The notes below the pieces were generated by a model. That model made no database searches. It saw only the letters and a list, made by a program, of their open reading frames with translations, and was not told where the DNA came from. This document shows positions 1-9,916 of a stretch of DNA of 64,000 bases, piece by piece. Both the position numbers and the translations under genes were made by a program. Source of the stretch: Verrucomicrobiia bacterium. GTDB taxonomy: Bacteria > Chloroflexota > Dormibacteria > Aeolococcales > Bog-877. Position 1 is the first letter of the stretch; the number at the start of each line of letters is the position of its first letter. The stretch is taken from positions 3,233 through 67,232 of the forward strand of contig DATKRN010000069.1 in assembly GCA_035532155.1 (NCBI GenBank). Reading direction: 5' to 3'.

Positions 1-478
1 CGGTCCCGTCCGCCCGGACCGTGACCGCGTACGGGCCCACGCGGGCGTACGAGCCGGTGGCGGCGACGGTGAACCAGGCGCCCTCGGTGTCAATCCTCCG
101 GCGCGCGAAGCCGTAGTGGTAGACCGTGGCGCCGGTGGGCGAGGTGACCGTGACCGAGATGCTCTGGGCCACCGAGGCGGTCCCCGGGAAGACGAAGATC
201 ACCAGGTTCTGGGTCGTCGGCCGCCCGCTGCTGGTGGCCCAGTAGTCCGTGATCCCGGTGGCGTAGAGGCCGTACCCGAACCCCAACCCGTTCCCGGTTC
301 CGTTGGCGAACGAATTGCCGACGTTGATCGATCCCGCCGGGATGATCTCGGCCGCCTCCGTCGCTCCCGCCCGGGGCCGGACCGTCGTCGCGGCATGGTC
401 GGGGTGGCCTCCGGCAGCGGCCGCGCCGACCACCCCGGCCACCAGCAGCGCCAGCGCGGATCGGACCGGTGGGATCAT
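1..478 (-). CDS. Secreted hypothetical protein (N-terminal part; C-terminus runs off window edge)
   Basis: Reverse-strand ATG at 476-478 gives MIPPVRSALALLVAGVVGAAAAG.. (signal-peptide-like) followed by a G/T/S-rich beta-rich region with no stop to the window start. Not in the ORF track because it is truncated. Confidence 0.35.
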   Translation of the reverse strand, partial: MIPPVRSALALLVAGVVGAAAAGGHPDHAATTVRPRAGATEAAEIIPAGSINVGNSFANGTGNGLGFGYGLYATGITDYWATSSGRPTTQNLVIFVFPGTASVAQSISVTVTSPTGATVYHYGFARRRIDTEGAWFTVAATGSYARVGPYAVTVRADGT

Positions 479-626
479 TGCGGCAAGCTCCTGGGTGGGG
501 CGCGCCGCCCCTGCACGCGGGCGACCGCGGTGGAGCGGAGGGTGCCCGCTGTGCCAGGCCCGGCGTGACCGCGCGGGCCCCCCCGCCTGATCTCCGCGCA
601 GGATAGCAGCCGCTCGCGGGCGGAGG

Positions 627-854
627 CTATTGCTCCAGCCCAGCCGCCCCGGTGTCGCGGTCGGTGCTGTGGTCGCCGCCCTGCGCGGGCGCGGCGGAGC
701 CTTTTGCCGAAACCGGACGATGGGCGGCCACGACGTTGCCCCCATCGGCGAGGGCGGCGGTGGTCACCATGAAGCCGGCCCCGATCACCACCGTCGCCAG
801 CGGGAGGACGAACCTGCATCGTGGCGGAGCCGGGTCGTCGGGGGCGGGGACCAT
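627..854 (-). CDS. Small hypothetical protein with one hydrophobic segment
   Basis: Internal ATG of track ORF 627..974 gives MVPAPDDPAPPRCRFVLPLATVVIGAGFMVTTAALADGG... No recognisable family. Confidence 0.2.
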   Translation of the reverse strand: MVPAPDDPAPPRCRFVLPLATVVIGAGFMVTTAALADGGNVVAAHRPVSAKGSAAPAQGGDHSTDRDTGAAGLEQ

Positions 855-1225
855 CGCCTTCACCCTAGCTGGTGCGTGTGAGTCGCAGGTGTGAGCGGGA
901 TGTACCGCGACCGCCGCGCCCTGGGGCCGTTGCCGTCGCCACCCCGGCGGCACCGGCCGGGGTTGCGCTGCCACGCTGCCAGGGGCCGACCCGGGGTGGT
1001 GGCGGCTGCCCGACCATCGTGGAGGGGACCCGCCGCTCTCGGCCCGGCGCCCCGCCGCTGGCGTGTCCTCCCGGGGGCGCGGGGATGCCGGTTCGCCCCG
1101 GCCTGGCGGCCCGGCTCGGGGTGGCGGGCTTGGTCGCGGGGCGATGGTCGCCGCCGAGCCGGCTCCTGATCGGCGCCGGGGACCGCGGGCCGCGGGTGCT
1201 CGCCGTCCCCCGGCGGCGGGACCGG

Positions 1226-2521
1226 TCAGCTAGCCGGAGCGGAGCCCCGGGCTGCCGGCGTCGGGAACAGCTCCTGAACCCTGGCGACCGGCCCGGTCGC
1301 GCCCTCTCCGCCAACGATCCAGCCGCGGCCTGCCAGAGCGACAGCGCTGGCGTGCGCGACCGGAAGCTGCAGGCGACCGGCGAGCCGCACCGAGCCGGTG
1401 GCGGGGTCGAAGGCCCAGATCGACGGATTCGGCGGGGTCCCTCCGGCGACCGTGGTCGAGCCTCCCAGCACAAAGAGAACCCCGGCCACCACCAGGGCGG
1501 TGGCCCCGGTCACCGCCTCGGGGAGCCGACCGACGCGCTCTCCCACATGGGTGGCCGGGTTGATCATCTGGATCACCGCGGTGGGGGCGCCGGACGAGGT
1601 CTGGCCCCCGAAGACGTAGATCCGGCCGTCCTGGGCGGCGACCGCCGGGTAGCGGACGGGAACGGCGAGGGTGGCGACCCGAGCGAACCCGGTCCCATCG
1701 GTGGTGGCCAGGACAGCGGTGTCCAGGCTGGTCCCGTCATATCCGCCGATGACGTAGGCGGTGTGGTGGATGACGACCGCCGCGGCGTCCGAGCGGGGCT
1801 GGGGCAGGCTTCCAATCAGCGTCGCTCGGCCGAGGCTGGAGCGGACCGCCTGCACCCCCGCCACGCTGACGTACTCTCCCCCGCCGAGGACGAGGTCCCG
1901 TCCCCCGAGAGCGGCGCCGGCGGCGTCGTGGAGCGGACCGGTCAGCCAGCCGACCTGCTGGTGCTGGCCGGTGGCGACCGCCAGCGTGAGGATCTGGGCA
2001 GTGGATTGGTCGGAGGCGGTGAGCCCGCCGAGGATGAGGAGCTGATCGGCCCGCGCTCCCGGCAGGGTCACGGCGCGGCTCAGGGGTTCGGGCAGCGACC
2101 ACGGCACGAGCCGGGACGAGATGTCGGGGAGCGAGGCCGGGGATGTGGTGGGGGTCGGAGCCGGCCGAGTACGAGCGGCCTCCCGGGCCGGGCCGCAGCC
2201 GGCGAGCACGCCCACCAGGCCGATCAGGACGACCCCGGCGCGGCACCGGGCGGGCGGGCGGCGACCCGGGTAGGGGATGGGGTGGTCTCGGGACGTGAGT
2301 CGACCCGCTTCGGCGCCGGCTGCGCCGAGGGCCTGCTCGGTGGTGGATGGTCTGCGGCCGGTGGCGAGGATAGCAGGTGGCCTGGCCCGCGCCCCTCGCG
2401 GTGGACCCGGGGGTGCGGCCCCGAGGGCACCCGGAGATCGCAGGGGGCGGGAGCGGGGGAGGGGGCCGCCCTCCGTCACCACCTGTCGCCCAGGCCGGCC
2501 GAGCGGGTCGCGCTCACCCAC
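1226..2521 (-). CDS. Kelch-repeat beta-propeller lipoprotein
   Basis: Kelch-like repeats (YVIGGYDG, IYVFGGQ, LFVLGG). Hydrophobic segment plus lipobox VLAGCG near residues 95-110. The true start is probably downstream of the listed ATG; no canonical start sits immediately before the signal. Confidence 0.55.
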   Translation of the reverse strand: MGERDPLGRPGRQVVTEGGPLPRSRPLRSPGALGAAPPGPPRGARARPPAILATGRRPSTTEQALGAAGAEAGRLTSRDHPIPYPGRRPPARCRAGVVLIGLVGVLAGCGPAREAARTRPAPTPTTSPASLPDISSRLVPWSLPEPLSRAVTLPGARADQLLILGGLTASDQSTAQILTLAVATGQHQQVGWLTGPLHDAAGAALGGRDLVLGGGEYVSVAGVQAVRSSLGRATLIGSLPQPRSDAAAVVIHHTAYVIGGYDGTSLDTAVLATTDGTGFARVATLAVPVRYPAVAAQDGRIYVFGGQTSSGAPTAVIQMINPATHVGERVGRLPEAVTGATALVVAGVLFVLGGSTTVAGGTPPNPSIWAFDPATGSVRLAGRLQLPVAHASAVALAGRGWIVGGEGATGPVARVQELFPTPAARGSAPAS

Positions 2522-2602
2522 GACCGCCCCGGAGGTGGGCAGCCGGACCGGCGGCGGATCGGGAGGGTGAGCCGCGCGGGCCGACCCTCCCGACGCGAGC
2601 CG

Positions 2603-3664
2603 TCAGCGCGCCGGGCGCGGGCCGGAGGCGCCTCCCCGGGGACCCACCACCGCGGCCACCCCGTCGGCACCCTCGGACGGCACCGGGCCCGCGCTGGGCA
2701 CCTCGGACAGGACCGACCGCAGCGCCTGGCTGGCCCCGAGCAGTCCGGCGGTCTCGACCGGCACCACCACCTTGGCGTTGTCGCTTGCGACCAGCCGACC
2801 GAGGGTGTCGAGCTGGAGCACGGCCAAGAGCTCGGGCGTGGGCCGCTCGCGTTGGATCGCCTGATACACCGACCCGATCGCGGCCGCCCGGCCCTCGCCG
2901 TCGAGCGACTGTGCCTGGCGATGACCCTCGGCCTCCAGGATGGTCGCCTGCCGCTGCGCCTCCGCCCGCAGGATCATCGCCTGGCGGTCGCCCTCGGCCT
3001 TGAGCACGGTTGACTGCTTCTGTCCCTCCGCGACCTCGACCGCGGCGGTGCGCTGCCCCCGGGCGGTGTTGATCGCCGCCTGCTGTTCGCCCTCCGACTT
3101 CAAGATCGCCGCCCGCTTCTGCTGGTCCGCCTCCTTCTGCAGCGCCATGGCATTGAGAATCTGCTGGGGCGGCAAGATGTCCACGATCTCGATCCGGTTG
3201 AGGCGCACGCCCCACTTCTCCGCCGCCGGCGACATGTGCCGCTGCAGCTCGGCGTTGATCCGTTCCCGGTCGCTGAGGGCCTCGTCCAGGGTGAGCCCGC
3301 CGAAGACGGCGCGCAGCGAGGTGCGCGCGAGCTGGTCGACCGCCACCTGGTAGTTGCTCACGTCATAGAGCGCCAGCTTGACGTCGACCACCTGGCTGAA
3401 GATGGTGGCGTTGACCGCCACGCTGACGTTGTCCTTGGTGATGACATCCTGGCGATCCCCGGTGCGGGGCACCTCGCGCATGTCGACCCGCACCATCGCG
3501 TCGACGAACGGGATGACCACCGCCAGACCGGGGCTGCGCACGCTGTGGAACTGGCCCAGGCGCTTGATCACGCCGCTGGATCCCTGCTGGATCACGCGCA
3601 CGGTGCGGGAGAGCACGATGATCACGGCCGCCACGACGACGACGGCGACGATAGCTTCGGTCAT
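2603..3664 (-). CDS. SPFH/band-7 (stomatin/HflC-like) membrane protein
   Basis: N-terminal TM helix, SPFH core (RVDMREV...TKDNVSV...), then a coiled-coil Q/A/E-rich tail. ATG confirmed at 3662-3664. Confidence 0.85.
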   Translation of the reverse strand: MTEAIVAVVVVAAVIIVLSRTVRVIQQGSSGVIKRLGQFHSVRSPGLAVVIPFVDAMVRVDMREVPRTGDRQDVITKDNVSVAVNATIFSQVVDVKLALYDVSNYQVAVDQLARTSLRAVFGGLTLDEALSDRERINAELQRHMSPAAEKWGVRLNRIEIVDILPPQQILNAMALQKEADQQKRAAILKSEGEQQAAINTARGQRTAAVEVAEGQKQSTVLKAEGDRQAMILRAEAQRQATILEAEGHRQAQSLDGEGRAAAIGSVYQAIQRERPTPELLAVLQLDTLGRLVASDNAKVVVPVETAGLLGASQALRSVLSEVPSAGPVPSEGADGVAAVVGPRGGASGPRPAR

Positions 3665-3689
3665 GAGGACAACTCCTTGGGCAGGGGGA

Positions 3690-4136
3690 TCAGACGACGG
3701 TGACCACGAGGCGGGTCTGGCGCAGCTCCAAGATCAGCACCGTTTGCCCGGTCGCGATCGGCTGACCGTCCTCGGTGATCGCGGGCCAGTCCTCGCCCCG
3801 GGCGTGGACCTGGCCGGGTGCCAGCGGGTCACCCACGGTCGTGACCACCACTGCCTCCTCGCCGACCAGACCGGCGGCGCCCGAGATCAGCCCGCCACCC
3901 TGGCGCAGCCGCATGGTTCGCATCACCGGCCGGCGCACCAGCCCGACCCCCCCGATCGCCACCGCGGCGAAACCGAGCGCCTGGGCCAGAATCGGCAGCC
4001 CCAGCCCGGCAATCACGGCCGCGACCGCGGCTCCGGCCGCGATGAAGATGGCGTAGAAGGCCAACGTCATGGTCTCGCCGACGGCGAAACCGATCGCGAG
4101 AATGAGCCAGACGACGGCCATGACCATGGGCGCCAC
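3690..4136 (-). CDS. NfeD-family membrane protein (stomatin operon partner)
   Basis: Two N-terminal TM helices plus a C-terminal OB-fold-like soluble domain. Lies directly upstream of the stomatin gene on the same strand, the classic nfeD-stomatin order. Confidence 0.8.
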   Translation of the reverse strand: MAPMVMAVVWLILAIGFAVGETMTLAFYAIFIAAGAAVAAVIAGLGLPILAQALGFAAVAIGGVGLVRRPVMRTMRLRQGGGLISGAAGLVGEEAVVVTTVGDPLAPGQVHARGEDWPAITEDGQPIATGQTVLILELRQTRLVVTVV

Positions 4137-4253
4137 CTCCTGGAGCGCTGCCCCGCTTAGCGTACTCTCACCGTCCCCGCTCCGCCCTCGGATAATTGGC
4201 GAAGCGGCGGCCCCCAGCGGCAGCCCCCAGCGGCAGCCGGCGCCACAGGAGAG

Positions 4254-6104
4254 TTGATGCGCGTTGCGGTGTGCGCCAAGCAGGTCCCGCGCCTGGAGGG
4301 GTGGGGGCTGGGGGCGGATGGACGCCTGCTCCGGGCCGGGCTGGCGGTGGAGATGAACGCCTTCTGCCGACGGGCGGTGGCCCAGGGGATCGCGATCGCG
4401 CGGGCGTCAGCGGGGTCGTGCACGGTCGTGACCCTGGGTCCGCCGTCGGCCGAGCTGGTGGCGCGCGAGGCGGTCGCCTGCGGCGCCGACCGGGGGGTGG
4501 TGGTGAGCGACCCTCAGCTGGCGGGGTCGGACACGCTCGCCACCAGCCGGGCCTTGGCGGCCGCTCTCCGCCGCACCGGGCCCTACGACATCGTGCTGGT
4601 CGGGCGGAGTTCGATTGATGCCGATACCGCGCAGGTGGGCCCCTCGATCGCGGAGGCGCTCGGCTGGCCGTTCGCCGGCCCGGCGCGCCAGCTGGAGATC
4701 CGGGGGGACCGGCTGCGGCTGCATGCTGAGCTCGACGACGGGGACGCCGAGATGGAGATCGCCCTCCCCTGCGTCGTGAGCGCCGCCGAGCGTCTCATCG
4801 GCCCGGCCAAGGCGGATGCCGCGGCGATGGCGGCGGTCGACCCCCGCGCGATCCTGCAGCTCACCGCCGCCGACCTCGGTGCCGGGGCGTTCGGCGCTGC
4901 CGGGAGTCCGACAGCGGTGCTGCGGGTCGTCGACCATGCCATGGAGCGGACAGGCATGCGGCTGGCGGGGTCGCCCCCGGGTCAGGTGGCGGAGCTGGTG
5001 GCGCGGCTGGCGGCCCGGGGAGCCCTGCCCTGGTCGGCCGCTCCGCCTGACCCGCGGCCGGCCCGGCCGCCCCTGGGCGCGGTGCCGGCGAGCGGAGCGC
5101 CACCAGGCGGGGCGGGGGTGGTGGCACTGCTCGAGCCCGGACATGAGCGGGTCGCCCGCGAGCTGCTCGCGGGCGCCGCCCGGCTGGCGGCGGAGCTGGG
5201 GGGCCATGTGGTCGCGCTGGAGGTGGTCGCCCCGAACCAGGGCGTCCCCGGGTGGACTCCCGCCCAGCTGGGCAGCTGGGGTGCGGATCGCGTCGTGCGG
5301 CTCGCTGGCTCGCTGCTGGCCGACGACCTGGTCGAGTCGGTCGCGGCCCAGCTGGTGCCGCCGACCGGGGTTGCGCTCGCGCCCAGCACGGATTGGGGCC
5401 GCGAAGTGGCCGCGCGGGTGGCCGCGCGGCAGGGGTTCGGGCTGACCGGAGACGCCGTGGACGTGAGTGCGACACCGGAGGGCGTGATCGGCTGGAAGCC
5501 GGCGTTGGGCGGGCGCTTTCTCGCCGCCATCGGCTCCCGGTCGGAGGTGGTGATGGCCACCGTGCGACCGGGCGCGTGGCGGGTCGGGGGCCTGCGAACC
5601 GGGGCGCCACCCCCCACCACTCAGGTGGCCGTCATCCCCCGCGGTCGGGTCGTCCAGGCGAACCGACACTGGGACGATGTCCCCGCCCGGATCCAGGCGG
5701 CGTCCACCCTGGTCGGGGTCGGCGCGGGCGTGCCCACCGCCATCTACCCGGAGCTGGATACTCTGTGCGGCCTGCTCGGGGCCGAGCTGGTCGCCACCCG
5801 CCGCGTGACCGACCTCGGGTGGCTGCCGCGGTCGCGTCAGGTGGGGCTCACCGGGCACGGGGTCGCTCCCCGCCTCTACCTCGCGCTCGGCATCAGCGGC
5901 TCCTCCAACCACCTGGTGGGGGTGGCGGCCGCCGGCTGGGTGGTCGCGGTGAACTGCGATCCGGCGGCGCCGGTGTTCGCGATGGCCGACCTCGGCATCG
6001 TCGGCGATGCGGCCGAGGTCGCCCGTCATCTCACCCGGGCGCTGGCGGCCCACCGCGAGGAGTCGGGGAGCGACCCCGCCCCGGCCGCCGGAGTCGGGGG
6101 ATGA
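4254..6104 (+). CDS. Electron transfer flavoprotein, fused beta-alpha subunits (EtfB-EtfA / FixBA-like)
   Basis: N-terminus MMRVAVCAKQVP matches the EtfB start. The C-terminal half carries the EtfA FAD motif LYLALGISGSSNHLVGV...VVAVNCDPAAPVF..ADLGIVGD. Both halves sit in one 616-aa ORF. Confidence 0.85.
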   Translation: MMRVAVCAKQVPRLEGWGLGADGRLLRAGLAVEMNAFCRRAVAQGIAIARASAGSCTVVTLGPPSAELVAREAVACGADRGVVVSDPQLAGSDTLATSRALAAALRRTGPYDIVLVGRSSIDADTAQVGPSIAEALGWPFAGPARQLEIRGDRLRLHAELDDGDAEMEIALPCVVSAAERLIGPAKADAAAMAAVDPRAILQLTAADLGAGAFGAAGSPTAVLRVVDHAMERTGMRLAGSPPGQVAELVARLAARGALPWSAAPPDPRPARPPLGAVPASGAPPGGAGVVALLEPGHERVARELLAGAARLAAELGGHVVALEVVAPNQGVPGWTPAQLGSWGADRVVRLAGSLLADDLVESVAAQLVPPTGVALAPSTDWGREVAARVAARQGFGLTGDAVDVSATPEGVIGWKPALGGRFLAAIGSRSEVVMATVRPGAWRVGGLRTGAPPPTTQVAVIPRGRVVQANRHWDDVPARIQAASTLVGVGAGVPTAIYPELDTLCGLLGAELVATRRVTDLGWLPRSRQVGLTGHGVAPRLYLALGISGSSNHLVGVAAAGWVVAVNCDPAAPVFAMADLGIVGDAAEVARHLTRALAAHREESGSDPAPAAGVGG

Positions 6105-6693
6105 AGCGAGGCGTGGTCGCGAAGGCCGTCCGATAGGCGGGGATCATGAGCAGGCGGCGCTCCTCACCCCGCACCCTCGGCCACAGCACCAGCAGGTTGC
6201 CGGCCGAGAGCCAGGCCGCCTCCCGGGCCGCGCCCAGGAACGCCGGCAGGGCCAAGAATTCAGCGGTCACCGCGAGGTAGTTCGGGTGGCGGCAGAACCG
6301 GTACGGGCCGCGCTGCACCGGGACCAGCGCGGGGGGGACCCGCGCCTCGACATTCCATGCGCTGCCGAGGCTCGCGATCGACCACGCCCGCAGGGCGGTG
6401 GCCGCCCCCAACACCGCCAGGCTGCCGAGACGCAGGGGCACGGGGGGACTCGGGCGGTGCCAGCGCCGGACCAGCGGCACGGTGAAGAGGGCGAGGTGGA
6501 CGGTGACCATGAGCGGGTAGGAGCGGGGCGCGGCGGGGGGCGCGGCTCCGGCGGCTGACCGCGCCAGATTGCGCCGGGACCGACCCAGCTCCCAGCCGCG
6601 CAACGCGCCCAGCGCCAGCACCACGGCGGCGTCCCGGGCTCCCACCTGTGGCCGTGGGGCTCGGATCACGCTGACACCCGGGCTCCCGGCCAC
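6031..6693 (-). CDS. Isoprenylcysteine carboxyl methyltransferase (ICMT)-family membrane methyltransferase (SrsB-like)
   Basis: Multi-TM protein with the ICMT signature GPYRFCRHPNYL. It overlaps the type III PKS stop by about 28 nt (an alternative ATG at 6510 would avoid this). Its 3' end overlaps the convergent etf gene. Confidence 0.7.
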   Translation of the reverse strand: MAGSPGVSVIRAPRPQVGARDAAVVLALGALRGWELGRSRRNLARSAAGAAPPAAPRSYPLMVTVHLALFTVPLVRRWHRPSPPVPLRLGSLAVLGAATALRAWSIASLGSAWNVEARVPPALVPVQRGPYRFCRHPNYLAVTAEFLALPAFLGAAREAAWLSAGNLLVLWPRVRGEERRLLMIPAYRTAFATTPRFIPRLRRPGRGRSPTPRGGPPAPG

Positions 6694-7784
6694 CGCAGCT
6701 CCACCAGCTCCAAGGTCAGCCCGGGTCCGACCCCGAGCAGGAGGCCGTGGGCGCCGGGACCGGGATGGTGGCGACCGGCGGCCAGCTCATCCAGCACGAC
6801 GAAGATCGCCGCCGAGGAGGGGTTGCTCGCGCGCCGGAACGCGGCACGGCTGGCCGCCACCGCGCGCGGGGCCGCTCCCAGCGCAGCGGCGGCGGCGCTG
6901 ATCACCCGGGGACCACCGGGATGGACCGCCACCACCTCCAGCTCGGCGACCGCCCCGGGGGCCAGAAAGCGTGCCACCACCTCGGGCATCAGGGCCGCCA
7001 GCTGGCGGGGCAGGTCGCGGGCGAGGCGGACGCGGAAGCCGCGGTCGTCGAGCCCGAAGCCCAGCGCGTCCGCCGTCCCCGGCGCCAGCCACTCGCGGGT
7101 GCGGAGCACGACCGGAGCCTGGGCGCCGCCGGCCGGCGGGGGCCCGCCGGGGCCCACCAGCACCGCCGCTCCCGCCGCGTCCCCGAACACCAGGGCGCTG
7201 AGGAGGTTGTCGAGCGAGTCGTCCTCGGGCTGCAGGGTCAGCGAGGGCAGCTCCACCGCGGCCACCAGCGCCATCCGCCCCCGCCCGGCCCCGCGCAGCC
7301 ACTCCGCCGCCCGCGCGAGACCGGCGGCGCCACCGGCGCAGCCGAGCTGGGTGAGGGGCAGGCGGGTCACGTCGGGACGGAGCCCGAGCTGGTCCACCAG
7401 CTGCGCGTCCGGTCCCGGCAGGCAGAAGCCGGTGCAGGAGGCGACCACCAGCAGGTCCACCGCGGCGGCGCCCACCCCGGCGGCCGCGAGGGCGGTGCGG
7501 CAGGCCGCCGCCGCCAGCGGGGTGGCGAACCGACCGTACGCCGCCGTCTGGTCCGAGAGGGAGAGGCGCTGGTGGAGCTCTCCGGGGGGCCGCACCAGCC
7601 AGCGTCGCGATCCCGTCAGCTCGCGCAGGAGGGTGGGAAGGTGGCTCGCCCGCTGTGGCCACAGGCGGGCCAGGACCTCGCGGAGGCCGGACGTGTCCAG
7701 CGGGTAGGGGGGCAGGGCGACGCCGACGCCCGCCAGACTGACCGGGAGCGGTCCCGCCGGCACAGGCGCAGGCCGCTTCGCCAT
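6666..7784 (-). CDS. Type III polyketide synthase (chalcone/stilbene synthase family)
   Basis: Active-site Cys region SCTGFCLPG, then GCAGGAAGL and VHPGGPRVI motifs (the Cys-His-Asn triad context). Length 372 aa. Confidence 0.85.
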   Translation of the reverse strand: MAKRPAPVPAGPLPVSLAGVGVALPPYPLDTSGLREVLARLWPQRASHLPTLLRELTGSRRWLVRPPGELHQRLSLSDQTAAYGRFATPLAAAACRTALAAAGVGAAAVDLLVVASCTGFCLPGPDAQLVDQLGLRPDVTRLPLTQLGCAGGAAGLARAAEWLRGAGRGRMALVAAVELPSLTLQPEDDSLDNLLSALVFGDAAGAAVLVGPGGPPPAGGAQAPVVLRTREWLAPGTADALGFGLDDRGFRVRLARDLPRQLAALMPEVVARFLAPGAVAELEVVAVHPGGPRVISAAAAALGAAPRAVAASRAAFRRASNPSSAAIFVVLDELAAGRHHPGPGAHGLLLGVGPGLTLELVELRWPGARVSA

Positions 7785-7874
7785 GCAGGGAGCATAGACA
7801 CCGCGGCCACCGCGGCCACCGCGGCGGCCTCTGCTATCCTGCCCCGCGCTGGCGGAGCGGCCGCCCCCTCAAGG

Positions 7875-9911
7875 ATGTCCACCACGCCCCGCGCGCACGC
7901 ACCCGACGACCCGGTCCTCTGGGAGCCGCCCGCGTCCCTCCGCGGCCGCTGCCGACTGACCCGCTATCTCGAGTGGTTGGAGCGCGAGCGCGGGCTCCGC
8001 TTTGAGGATTACGCGGCCTGCTGGCGCTGGTCGGTGACCGACATCGACGGGTTCTGGCGCTCCATCTGGGATCACTTCGAGGTCGAGGCGGACCAGCCCC
8101 CGGTGGCGGTGCGCAGCGGCGGTCCGATGCCGGGCGTGCGCTGGTTTCCGGGGGCCACGCTCAACTACGCGCGCCATGCTCTGCGTCACGCCCGGCCCGA
8201 CCGGCCTGCGATCGTGCATGCGTCCGAGCTCCGCGGTCTGGCCGAGGTCAGCTGGGACCAGCTCGCCCGCGACGTCGCCGGCTTCGCATCGTGGCTGAGG
8301 GAAGTGGGTGTGGGCGCCGGCGACCGCGTCGCCGCCTACCTCCCCAACCTCCCCGAGGCGGTGGTCGCGTGCCTCGCCAGCGCCAGCGTGGGAGCGATCT
8401 GGTCGAGCTGCTCCCCCGACTTCGGCGTGCGCAGCGTGGTCGACCGCTTCCGCCAGATCGCGCCGACCGTCCTGATCGCCGTCGACGGCTACCGCTACGG
8501 GGGTCGCGACTTCGACCGAACCGAGGTGGTGGCGGCGATCGAGGCGGCGCTCCCGTCGCTGCGCCGAACCGTCCTGGTCGGCCACCTGCACCGAGGGGGG
8601 GGCGGACCGCAATCGAGCCGGGAGGGCCGTCCCGCGCGCGTCAGCTGGGAGGAGGCGGTGGGGCGGCGGGCGCCCTTGGAGTTCACCTCGGTGGCATTCG
8701 AGCACCCGCTCTGGGTGCTGTACTCGTCCGGCACCACCGGGCTGCCCAAGCCGATCGTCCAGAGCCAGGGCGGGATCCTGCTGGAGCATCTGAAAGCGCT
8801 CGCGCTGCACCATGACATCGGCGCCGACGACCGATTCTTCTGGTTCACGACCACCGGGTGGATGATGTGGAACTTCCTCCTCAGCGGCCTCGCGCTGGGA
8901 GCCACGATCGTCTGCTACGACGGCAGCCCGGCCCACCCTGCGGCCGACCGTCTCTGGGAGTTCGCCGCCGAGGCCGGGGTCACCGTGCTCGGGACCAGCG
9001 CGGCCCAGATCCTGGCCGGGATGAAGGCCGGGATCCACCCCGGGCGTGACCACGACCTCTCCGCCGTGCGCGCGATCGGCTCCACCGGCTCGCCGCTGCC
9101 TCCCGAGGGATTCCGCTGGGTCTACCAGCGGGTCCGGCCCGAGGTGTGGCTGGCGTCGGTCAGCGGGGGCACCGACGTCTGCACCGGGTTTGCGGTGGGC
9201 TGCCCGCTGCTGCCGGTGCGGGCCGGGGTGATCCAGTGCCGCGCGCTGGGGGCCGCGGTGGCGGCCTACGACGCGCACGGCCGCTCGGTCGTCGACCAGG
9301 TCGGCGAGCTGGTCGTCACCCAGCCGATGCCCTCGATGCCGACCGGCTTCTGGAACGATCCCGGCGACCGTCGCTACCGCGCCAGCTATTTCGAGATGTT
9401 CCCCGGGGTATGGCGCCACGGTGACTGGGTGCTGATTCGATCCGATGGGGGCGTCATCATCTCGGGTCGCTCCGATGCCACCATCAACCGCCTCGGGGTC
9501 CGGATGGGCACCAGCGAGCTCTACCGGGTGGTGGAGGACCTGCCCGAGGTGCAGGACAGCCTCGTGGTCGACCTCGACGACGGTCACGGGACCCCGTTCA
9601 TGCCCCTCTTCGTGGTGCTGGCGGCGGGCTGCGCCCTGGACGACCGGCTGCGGGCCCGGATCCGCGAGCGGCTCCGACGCGACCTGTCGCCCCGCCACGT
9701 GCCCGACGTCATCGTCGAGGTGGCTCGGATCCCGCGCACCCTGTCGGGCAAGAAGCTGGAGGTCCCTGTGAAGCGCATCCTGCAGGGGGAGCCGGTCGAG
9801 GCGGCAGCCAGTCGCGACGCCATCCAGGACCCGAGCTCGCTCGAGCCCTTTGTGACCTTCGCCGCCGAGCGGGCGCGCTCCGCCCGGCCGGCGCCCGTCG
9901 ACAGCGGCTAG
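7875..9911 (+). CDS. Acetoacetyl-CoA synthetase (acetoacetate-CoA ligase, AMP-forming)
   Basis: Real start is the in-frame ATG at 7875 inside the 1054-aa track ORF. N-terminal WRSIWDHFEV and SGTTGLPKPIV AMP-binding motifs, a C-terminal KLEVPVKRIL lysine motif, about 679 aa. Divergent from the PKS with a 90-bp intergenic region. Confidence 0.8.
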   Translation: MSTTPRAHAPDDPVLWEPPASLRGRCRLTRYLEWLERERGLRFEDYAACWRWSVTDIDGFWRSIWDHFEVEADQPPVAVRSGGPMPGVRWFPGATLNYARHALRHARPDRPAIVHASELRGLAEVSWDQLARDVAGFASWLREVGVGAGDRVAAYLPNLPEAVVACLASASVGAIWSSCSPDFGVRSVVDRFRQIAPTVLIAVDGYRYGGRDFDRTEVVAAIEAALPSLRRTVLVGHLHRGGGGPQSSREGRPARVSWEEAVGRRAPLEFTSVAFEHPLWVLYSSGTTGLPKPIVQSQGGILLEHLKALALHHDIGADDRFFWFTTTGWMMWNFLLSGLALGATIVCYDGSPAHPAADRLWEFAAEAGVTVLGTSAAQILAGMKAGIHPGRDHDLSAVRAIGSTGSPLPPEGFRWVYQRVRPEVWLASVSGGTDVCTGFAVGCPLLPVRAGVIQCRALGAAVAAYDAHGRSVVDQVGELVVTQPMPSMPTGFWNDPGDRRYRASYFEMFPGVWRHGDWVLIRSDGGVIISGRSDATINRLGVRMGTSELYRVVEDLPEVQDSLVVDLDDGHGTPFMPLFVVLAAGCALDDRLRARIRERLRRDLSPRHVPDVIVEVARIPRTLSGKKLEVPVKRILQGEPVEAAASRDAIQDPSSLEPFVTFAAERARSARPAPVDSG

Positions 9912-9916
9912 CGGCC

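Noticed and set aside
872-3013. 713-aa '+' ORF spanning the Kelch lipoprotein and stomatin loci
   Set aside because: Antisense to two well-supported genes. Low-complexity R/G/P composition.
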